In this document: positions 56,672-64,000 of the stretch, in pieces
How positions within the stretch are numbered: the first letter of the stretch is position 1
How the letters are laid out: every line of letters begins with the position of its first letter
Assembly (NCBI GenBank): GCA_019056785.1
Contig: DXJV01000029.1
Coordinates: 59,615 to 123,614, forward strand
DNA: 64,000 nt
Source of the DNA: Candidatus Heimdallarchaeota archaeon
GTDB taxonomy: Archaea > Asgardarchaeota > Heimdallarchaeia > JABLTI01
Direction: 5' to 3'
Notes under the pieces: generated by a model
The model's database searches: none
Seen by the model: the letters and a program-made list of their open reading frames with translations, nothing else
Told to the model about the DNA's origin: nothing
Made by a program: the position numbers and the translations under genes

Positions 56672-57367
56672 TTGATGAACGAGCGGAAACTGCAGGAAGA
56701 AAAAGAGAATCTTATTGCACATTACAAAATGAATGGATATATAAAATCCCCAGAAGTGGTCCGAGCTTTTCGTATGGTTCCCCGTGAGGAATTTATCGAG
56801 AAAAACCTCAAACGAATGGCCTACCTAGACCGCCCTCTCCCCATTCTAGCCGGGCAAACAATTTCCGCCCCCCATATGGTGGCAATGATGGTTAGCAAGG
56901 ACATTCTCAACTTGCAAGTAGGAGATAAATGTCTCGAGGTGGGTGCAGGCTCCGGCTATCATGCTGCTGTTATTGCTGAAATTGTTGCTCCCACAGGAAC
57001 CGATGAGAAAACGCGGGGGCATGTCTACACTATTGAGCGTATAAAAGAGTTAGTTGACTTTGCAAAAGCAAACCTTGAACGCACAGGGTATGCTAACCGC
57101 GTCACTGTGATTCACGGGGATGGCTCCATGGGTTACCCCGAGAAAGCACCTTATGATAAAATTACCGTCGCTTGTGCGGCCCCGGATATTCCTCCTCCAC
57201 TCCTCAAACAGTTAAAACCAGGCGGTCGGCTTGTCATTCCTGTTGCCGGCGGAGGATATTTTCAAGAATTAAAGGTTATATTCAAACGAAAGGATGGTTC
57301 TATTAAAAGCGAAACAAAATGTGGTGTTGCTTTCGTACCCTTAATCGGAAAGTATGGTTACAAATAA
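56672..57367 (+). CDS. pcm: Protein-L-isoaspartate O-methyltransferase
   Basis: 231 aa. TISAPHMVA, SAM motif LEVGAGSGY, and the C-terminal PIMT pattern. Confidence 0.85.
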   Translation: MMNERKLQEEKENLIAHYKMNGYIKSPEVVRAFRMVPREEFIEKNLKRMAYLDRPLPILAGQTISAPHMVAMMVSKDILNLQVGDKCLEVGAGSGYHAAVIAEIVAPTGTDEKTRGHVYTIERIKELVDFAKANLERTGYANRVTVIHGDGSMGYPEKAPYDKITVACAAPDIPPPLLKQLKPGGRLVIPVAGGGYFQELKVIFKRKDGSIKSETKCGVAFVPLIGKYGYK

Positions 57368-57378
57368 AACTGTTGTTC

Positions 57379-60300
57379 TTATGCTGCTTCTCCAAAAAAT
57401 TCTGTTAAACTTCGCTGAGTTTTCTTTTCTTGTATAAAATATTCATTAATCGCTTCATTGAATAGCTCCAACCGTTGTTTCAAATAATTAGAAAGATTGT
57501 AATCTTCCATTAATTTCTTTGCAGTCTCATAATATTTGGTAATGGTCTTTTTATGTACCGTCAAAATAATTTTCCCGCCATCTGGACAATTGGTACATTT
57601 TCCAGTGAGGGGCATTCGTCGATATTTTGTATTACATTTAACACAGCGGAAAGTTTGGGCACCAAAGGCACGGAGACAACCGATCATGTCCGGGAAGAAA
57701 TGTTTATTGATTACGCGTTCTGCCACATCCTCAAGGTCCACTGCTCGAATCATTTTTGCTATTTTTAACTGCGCCTCGAGTTTATCGACCATTTTCCCCA
57801 GCCGGGAGTAGATGGTAGATGGCGGTCCGAGGGCAATATCGCTTGTTTCATGCGTATAATGGAAGTTTTCGAATTGCTCTAGTGTATCTAAACGATTAGC
57901 AATAAGGTCAATAATTTGAGCGATTTTTTTCGAGTCTATAAAATCATAAGAACGTTCGTAGAATTCCAGCGGGTAGCGTTTAACACAATCAACAGCATGA
58001 GATTCGTCATCCACTTCATTTGGGTTAATGACTGTTCCGAGAGTAAGAGGGGCGTCCATTGAACCTCCGCGTGTAACGGGGAGGAACTGTTTGGAAAAAT
58101 CGAGAAAGCCCTCAAGCATGAGAATAATGGCATCTTCATCCCCATCACAATTTCGCCTTTTTGCCGCATGCCAATAAGGATGTGCGAGATTCCCTTTGAC
58201 AGTTGTAAAACCGACTATTCTACCGGTTATTCCTGAGGAAGTGTGAGGAGCTAACCCTATGACTAGATGCCCGATGAGATCAGATATCTTCTTAATGTTA
58301 TAAAATCTCGGGAGACCATAAACAGACTCGAGTAAATCATCTACATACCGGGCCACCCGCACTAAAAATTCACCATTGTCGATATTAAGAACGACATCCT
58401 GTATTTTCAATTCCAGAATCTGGTTATCAGTAGTGAGTGGTTGCCCTCGGATGTCTTTTGTATAACCAATTGCTCGCAATTGTTCCACTGAAGCACTTAC
58501 TTCCTTGGGTTTAAAATGCATTAGAGGAATATCGGTGGAATCAAAACGGATTGTTCCGTCTTTATAGACGTTCAAATCATGTCGTGCCCTTAAAAAGCCT
58601 TTTTCGAGAAGCTCGGGAATCTTGTTGCGATTCATTAGTTTCTTGACACCTTTAGTGTTTGCCGGAATGGACCCCCCTAAGGTTTTTTTCACTCGAGTAA
58701 TATCTTTACTAAGATCCACCATGCGTGTTGTATAGGGGACGGGATAACGATTGCATTGCTCACAAAAATCATTTTCAGCCAACTCCCGCCCACAAGAAGG
58801 ACAACTTGTTAGGATTTTTGTGGGGATGGCACATTTCGGACACAAGGAAAGATGTGTAATTGTATTGCATTTTGGACATTCTCTTTGAACAACAGTAATC
58901 TCGATCGTCTTCTTTTTTGCTGCCTCCAGAATTAAACGACTATTACCATTTCCTTCCATTTCGAGTGGAAAGAGAGAATGCACCGGGGGCTTCATTTTGC
59001 GTTCTTTCGCCTTTTCTGGTCGCCCCATCCTTGCACCCGAATAGATTGGGATTTTCATTTTAATCTCGAATGGCACAAGATGCTTGAAAGGAGGACGTAC
59101 GTCTCGCTCGATTTCTTCGGGGTGTAAGGTAGTGTTTTTCAATTGCATGCAATGTTCAAGGATTAAATTACATTCATCAATGATGATATAACCGTCTTTA
59201 ATTTTATGAGGAAGTCCAATGCGCTCTAACAGAACTTTTGCATTAAAGGATGGATCAAGAACAAGAGCATCTCGCTTTTTCGCAAGATTAATTATGAGTT
59301 CTTTGTCAGTCACACGAGCACGTAAAATTTTGTCGCGCAGCTCAAAAAATTCATCAAAGGTTATATCATGCCAGGCATAGGTATAATAGGGATGAAGGGG
59401 AATCATCAACTCATAACTAAAACTTAAAGCCTCGAGTTGGGTAGGCTTGGTTGTTATTGGGTTGCTAAGAAACTCTTGTAATCGCTCTGGCGACATGCCC
59501 AACAGCTTAGCTGCAATTTGCAAATCGTTATTGCATTTTGATTTAAGCCGCGACTCGAGATAGAGAACCCACCATTCTTCCACAAAACCCGAAGGAATTA
59601 AGGGATGGTTATTTTCCAGAAACTCACCAAAACCGACTAGTAAATCCCCTAGAAAAAGGATTTTAGCAATACGCTTCTGGAGTTTTATCGCTTGTCCATA
59701 GGTCTCGATTTTCACCACAGAACCATCTTTCAACAAAACGGTGGGCCCTTCTATCGAATCCACTGGCATGACAACACTGCCTTTGCCGGGGCGTTCTGTC
59801 CGGATGTGTGTTCCTGGTGCCAAGAAATCCATGAGAACTTTCATCGTAGCAGGGTGGATGCCAATTCCTGCTAAACCAGTATTCCTTGAGTGTCCATAGC
59901 GTATACGAAATCCCCCTGCTTTGGAAGGGTGCGCGAAAATTGGCCGTCCACCGATGATATCCTTAATATAGCCATAAGAGGGTTGTGTTTTAGCCTTAAA
60001 ATCTTCTTTCTCTTTTTGTGCTTGTTTCTCGGAGATGGCTACTTTGAGTGATTTTAACCAATCCCATCCCGACAAACCAACGGTTTTGACTGTCTTCAAG
60101 ATTTTCATTGCCCGGCCAACAATACCATCATTTAAGACCAGGCATGCTCCCCCTCGTAAGGTATTTGTCTCGACACGCGGGAGGTCCCGAAAAGCAGACA
60201 CTTCATCGGGGTTTGTGCTTTCTCCTGTGACTTCTACAGGCAAATTTTGAACGGCAAACTCGATCTGTTCTGCAGTTGTAGGAATTTGTAAATGTACAAC

Positions 60301-60882
60301 GCGTTTATAGAGATCTATCTCCTCCACAAAGCGCATCATTTCTTGTCGTGTGGCTTTGTAACGAGATAACTTCAAAACCTTCCGGACATGGTCCGATATG
60401 AGAACGGTTAAAGCTGCTTCCGTACCCCCTGCAGAACGTATTGGCCCCGCAAAATAAACCGCAAGATACTTGGTATTATCATCATTTGATTTAATCTTTA
60501 CTTTTGCGATTCCTTCCAATGGAGCAGCTGTAACTCCTTCTGTAAGAATGGCCAGCGCGGTCCGGATAGCTATGTCGGCTTTCTTTTCGTCTGAGGAGCT
60601 GGGATCAATGAACCGTCCCTGAGCAATTTCTTCGGCAATTTTGAACGCAACATTCTCTCGATCCATTGTTGTACTTAAATGTCGGATCTGCTCCGCTATT
60701 CCTGGCAACCCCATCAACCCTTCCACTTTGCCGGCAACATCTTTTGCCAGGTGGATCTCTACTTCTGGTTCTGGGTCCAAGCCTTTTCGACGCGCTTCTT
60801 GTGCCACCTGATAAATCCGGCGCACTTCCTCTTCAAGTGCATTGAAATAAGATTTCATCTGATCTGAAGTTGCCAGTTCCAC
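57379..60882 (-). CDS. polD2: DNA polymerase D (PolD/Pol II) large catalytic subunit DP2
   Basis: 1167 aa. Conserved DP2 blocks including the NCDGDEDA catalytic acidic motif and C-terminal Cys clusters (CPKC...CPKC, CVKC...C). No intein. Confidence 0.9.
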   Translation of the reverse strand: MELATSDQMKSYFNALEEEVRRIYQVAQEARRKGLDPEPEVEIHLAKDVAGKVEGLMGLPGIAEQIRHLSTTMDRENVAFKIAEEIAQGRFIDPSSSDEKKADIAIRTALAILTEGVTAAPLEGIAKVKIKSNDDNTKYLAVYFAGPIRSAGGTEAALTVLISDHVRKVLKLSRYKATRQEMMRFVEEIDLYKRVVHLQIPTTAEQIEFAVQNLPVEVTGESTNPDEVSAFRDLPRVETNTLRGGACLVLNDGIVGRAMKILKTVKTVGLSGWDWLKSLKVAISEKQAQKEKEDFKAKTQPSYGYIKDIIGGRPIFAHPSKAGGFRIRYGHSRNTGLAGIGIHPATMKVLMDFLAPGTHIRTERPGKGSVVMPVDSIEGPTVLLKDGSVVKIETYGQAIKLQKRIAKILFLGDLLVGFGEFLENNHPLIPSGFVEEWWVLYLESRLKSKCNNDLQIAAKLLGMSPERLQEFLSNPITTKPTQLEALSFSYELMIPLHPYYTYAWHDITFDEFFELRDKILRARVTDKELIINLAKKRDALVLDPSFNAKVLLERIGLPHKIKDGYIIIDECNLILEHCMQLKNTTLHPEEIERDVRPPFKHLVPFEIKMKIPIYSGARMGRPEKAKERKMKPPVHSLFPLEMEGNGNSRLILEAAKKKTIEITVVQRECPKCNTITHLSLCPKCAIPTKILTSCPSCGRELAENDFCEQCNRYPVPYTTRMVDLSKDITRVKKTLGGSIPANTKGVKKLMNRNKIPELLEKGFLRARHDLNVYKDGTIRFDSTDIPLMHFKPKEVSASVEQLRAIGYTKDIRGQPLTTDNQILELKIQDVVLNIDNGEFLVRVARYVDDLLESVYGLPRFYNIKKISDLIGHLVIGLAPHTSSGITGRIVGFTTVKGNLAHPYWHAAKRRNCDGDEDAIILMLEGFLDFSKQFLPVTRGGSMDAPLTLGTVINPNEVDDESHAVDCVKRYPLEFYERSYDFIDSKKIAQIIDLIANRLDTLEQFENFHYTHETSDIALGPPSTIYSRLGKMVDKLEAQLKIAKMIRAVDLEDVAERVINKHFFPDMIGCLRAFGAQTFRCVKCNTKYRRMPLTGKCTNCPDGGKIILTVHKKTITKYYETAKKLMEDYNLSNYLKQRLELFNEAINEYFIQEKKTQRSLTEFFGEAA

Positions 60883-60969
60883 TACTTTTTCACGACACCG
60901 TTTAAGTTCTTATTAATTTTATATCGAAGTATTTATTTAATAACACTAGTATGATGCTTCTGATTTTTT

Positions 60970-62571
60970 TTATGATAGAAGGAAGGAAGCATTACTAATA
61001 ATTGGTGCTCCAACGAGTGATGGTACCAATCCCAAGACGATTATTCCAAGGGCAATAACAATATTAATGAAATTTATGAAACTCAAATCCGCGCCTATAC
61101 CCTTTGGTTGTATAAATGTTGCTTGTGCTGGGGGATTGTCAAAAACAAATTGCTTGAGGAGAGAAAGAAAACCGACTAACAAAAGCAAAAGAACAAAGAT
61201 CAATGCAATAACAACGCCGATGAACTCGAGTTTGACTAAGGAAAAAAGAAGGAGATAGATATTCACCCCACCAAATGTTGGAAGAAGACCAATAAGAGAA
61301 GCAAGGCCGATGAGAAAAGTGAAGACAGTGAGAGGATATTCTTTACCAATGCCCTGATAGTTAATTACTTCTTCTTGTGCAGGCCTTTTCGACAAGAGAT
61401 GCTCTTTCGCTGTCAATGCAAGATAGCCGGCAAAAAAGACATTAACAATCTGCAGAGCAGTAAAGCCTAAAGATTCTTGCAAAAGCCCCGATTGCATTAC
61501 AATAGTACTACTGTCTACAATCATTCCCGTTGCAAACCCTGTAAGAACAATCCCGAGATTTGTAATAAGTGCAAAGATGACAATTTTCGAAAAGGTTTCT
61601 GCGGTTTTCTTTTTCTTAGCAACTTGATAAGAAAATAAGAATACACCTTGAAATGCTGTTAGCAATCCTATAATTAAAAGGACAAACGAATAACCATTGT
61701 TTGTAAGGACGGTCGGGGAAAAAACTACATACACAACCTTAATGATAGCCAAAAGGGCCAGACCACCTGTGATACTTGCGAAGGTTTGTTGAATAGTAGC
61801 AGAGCTGCCGCTAATGGCCTTTGGCATCCAAAGATTTAGAGTGATAAGATTCGCAAATAAGCCAAACCCAACGATAAATAAAGCAATTATAAGATAGATC
61901 GCAAACAAGCCATTTTGCGCTTTTACCGCCAGAAGTAGTTCTGGATGGTTTTTAATGTAATCAAGATTTACCGACCCTAGAAAGCCATAGCTCAAAATTA
62001 CTCCTAAGAGGAGAAAGAAGAGTGCTAATGCGATAAGCAGATATGCTTTAACTACTTCTTGTCGTAAAAGCAGTTTATTTTGTTCGTTTGCCAGTAATAG
62101 TATAAGAGAAATACCAACTATCGCCCAGGCTAAAAATATAGTGAAAAGATCATTGGCAATGATTGAAAAATTCATGCCGATGCTAAAGAAGAGAAGAGAA
62201 AGCAATGAAGACAATTGCCGTCGCTGCTCTCTTCTTTTTGTTGTTTCATAAACGAACATTAATATCAGCAAAGTGTTGATAATGATAAGCAACCAACCAC
62301 TGAAACCATTAACCTTCATTTGAACACTGGTAGAAGGGCTATAACCTATTCCTATAGTACTGTTGTAAAAACCATAGAGAGTTTTTGTAGGGGAAGCCTT
62401 CACTTTGAAATTTACTGCAGCAAAAATAGCAGTATTAATTATCATATTTCCTGTGGCCAGTTCTGCTGCAAAATTACTCAGCCATTTTCGCAAACCAAAA
62501 AGGATGATAGCAATGAAGAAGGTTAGAAACATCGGAGAGAGCAACAAGAAATTGATTGAGACTTCAGCCAT
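60970..62571 (-). CDS. Mrp/complex-I antiporter-like membrane subunit (NuoL/M/N, MnhD family), divergent
   Basis: 533 aa, about 14 TM helices. LWMPKAISGSSATIQQTFASITGG is positionally equivalent to the WLPDAxxGPTPVSALIHAATMV motif, but conserved residues are replaced. Confidence 0.55.
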   Translation of the reverse strand: MAEVSINFLLLSPMFLTFFIAIILFGLRKWLSNFAAELATGNMIINTAIFAAVNFKVKASPTKTLYGFYNSTIGIGYSPSTSVQMKVNGFSGWLLIIINTLLILMFVYETTKRREQRRQLSSLLSLLFFSIGMNFSIIANDLFTIFLAWAIVGISLILLLANEQNKLLLRQEVVKAYLLIALALFFLLLGVILSYGFLGSVNLDYIKNHPELLLAVKAQNGLFAIYLIIALFIVGFGLFANLITLNLWMPKAISGSSATIQQTFASITGGLALLAIIKVVYVVFSPTVLTNNGYSFVLLIIGLLTAFQGVFLFSYQVAKKKKTAETFSKIVIFALITNLGIVLTGFATGMIVDSSTIVMQSGLLQESLGFTALQIVNVFFAGYLALTAKEHLLSKRPAQEEVINYQGIGKEYPLTVFTFLIGLASLIGLLPTFGGVNIYLLLFSLVKLEFIGVVIALIFVLLLLLVGFLSLLKQFVFDNPPAQATFIQPKGIGADLSFINFINIVIALGIIVLGLVPSLVGAPIISNASFLLS

Positions 62572-62572
62572 T

Positions 62573-64000
62573 TTAACCGAGACCTCCTACTAAGATTAAG
62601 ACTGAGGTTAAAACCACCAGTGAAAGTATTGCCCAAATTATGCTGGCAAAGATGGACTTTAGCCGTATCCAAGCAAAAAACCTTTGAAGAAAATTAAGCG
62701 GCTTTCGCAGGAATATTTCGCTTGTTTTATGAAGGTAATAGCCATTATTGATAAGCCGTTCAATACTCACGACAAACTTAGTTGCAGCAAGTTTAAGGAG
62801 AAACGGTCGCTCTGGCTTCCAGTAAAGCACAAAGGCGGCAACAAAAACACTAACAGTAAGTACCAAAAGTATAGGGGAAAGGACAATGTCACTAAAGAAG
62901 ACTATAGGATAGTCCAAAGCATAGATTTTATTCAAAAGACCTGAAAAGAGGAAACTCTCCGGATAATTATAAAAGAGCAGGAAAATTCCAGCCACAAGCG
63001 ACCAGCCTAGAGAGAGGAAGAGAGAAGAGAGAGAGGTTTTACTTATACCTCGGACTACATAATCGCTTGATAATTCTCTCTGCATTACTTTTTGAAAAGC
63101 ACGTACAGTTAAAAATGTCAATACGAAGAAGCATACAATGGCCACAACGAGTATCCCTTTCATAGTGGGGACCCGACTAGTTTTAAGAGCAGTAAAAAGC
63201 ATATCACGACTAAAATAAAGGCTTGTTGGGAAAATACCTGCAAAATTTACAATGGCTATTATACCAAGTATAAACAATACCCGATGCTCTTGCTTCATTC
63301 CTGCAACTTTTGGCAAATCAGCCACACGTAACGACTCGAGTATTGCCCCAAAAACAAATGCTACAACAAAGAGAGATGGTAACCCAACGATAAGATTGAA
63401 GATTGCTGCGACATAACCAACAGTAGACCCCGTACTAAAAGCAAGGAACGAGAAGCTTTGTTGTGCTATAGCTAAACCAATTAAAAGACGATTGATATTT
63501 TTTGTAGCAAAAAGTGTAAGAACGATAAAAAGGAGGGTGATCGCCGCAAACCAACCAATTAACTGTAATACCGAAGCAGAAAACAAAGGCGTTGCTGTTC
63601 CAACTTCTGCTGCACGAGAGTAAAAGAATGGTTTGAATACTAACAATAAGAAAAGCCCACTACTACCAATAGTTGTTGTCGTAAGCAACATCGAAGCAGG
63701 TAAAGGTGTTTTTGTAAGGTCGTTATCTTGCTGTTCGCTTGTTAATGGCCAGAAGAGGAAAGGGACTTGCGCACCTTTTATTAAAGCACCAAGCGCTAAG
63801 AGCATTCTTATGAGAAGTCGCGTATTGGAACTTGAGCCTAAAAGTATCTTTTCCGGTGGAGTCGGCCACAAAGTCAAAAGGTCAGCCAAATTGGCACTCT
63901 TAAAGGAAACAATCATAAAACTAAAACTGAGAAGGATGAGAATGTCAGAGCAAAAATTGATAATCAGGTATCGCTTAGCAGCACTCGCGGCTTTTTGCCC
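62573..64000 (-). CDS. Mrp/complex-I antiporter-like membrane subunit; the 5' end lies beyond the window
   Basis: KGAQVPFLFWPL resembles K-x-AQ-x-PFH-x-WLPDA of NuoL/M/N, but occurs only ~45 aa into the ORF-track protein, so the N-terminal TM helices must lie upstream of position 64000. The stop is 1 nt from the downstream gene start. Confidence 0.5.
   Translation of the reverse strand, partial: GQKAASAAKRYLIINFCSDILILLSFSFMIVSFKSANLADLLTLWPTPPEKILLGSSSNTRLLIRMLLALGALIKGAQVPFLFWPLTSEQQDNDLTKTPLPASMLLTTTTIGSSGLFLLLVFKPFFYSRAAEVGTATPLFSASVLQLIGWFAAITLLFIVLTLFATKNINRLLIGLAIAQQSFSFLAFSTGSTVGYVAAIFNLIVGLPSLFVVAFVFGAILESLRVADLPKVAGMKQEHRVLFILGIIAIVNFAGIFPTSLYFSRDMLFTALKTSRVPTMKGILVVAIVCFFVLTFLTVRAFQKVMQRELSSDYVVRGISKTSLSSLFLSLGWSLVAGIFLLFYNYPESFLFSGLLNKIYALDYPIVFFSDIVLSPILLVLTVSVFVAAFVLYWKPERPFLLKLAATKFVVSIERLINNGYYLHKTSEIFLRKPLNFLQRFFAWIRLKSIFASIIWAILSLVVLTSVLILVGGLG

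Overview
AT-rich (~35-40% GC) archaeal chromosomal segment, probably from an Asgard archaeon (Lokiarchaeia-like). Archaeal hallmarks: DNA polymerase D large subunit DP2, aIF5A, ribosomal protein L35Ae, archaeal-type LeuRS, LonB, and two tRNA genes, one with a canonical-position intron. Eukaryote-like signature proteins: a Vps4 (MIT domain + AAA ATPase) and Vps25 (ESCRT-II) gene pair, a Roadblock/LC7 protein, and a roadblock/longin-like domain fused to a membrane module. Other content: a four-gene group 3b-type [NiFe] hydrogenase operon in hydBGDA order; divergent Mrp/complex-I antiporter-like subunits at the window edge; housekeeping and metabolic genes (SufS-like cysteine desulfurase, M20 peptidases, HAD hydrolases, threonine aldolase, GGPP synthase, GDPD, PIMT, RibL, glycerate kinase, TsaA/TrmO); and several large secreted or membrane proteins of unknown function. 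I found no CRISPR array, transposase or integrase. Most notable: the minimal Vps4-Vps25 pair with no ESCRT-III gene nearby; an L35Ae with a ~125-aa lysine/threonine-rich N-terminal tail; a 4-TM protein with a C-terminal HEPN-like Rx4H motif; a 976-aa protein with extracellular PPC-like repeats and cytoplasmic winged-helix-like repeats; and an unusually long, less AT-rich divergent intergenic region between LeuRS and a PHP gene that may hold a structured RNA.
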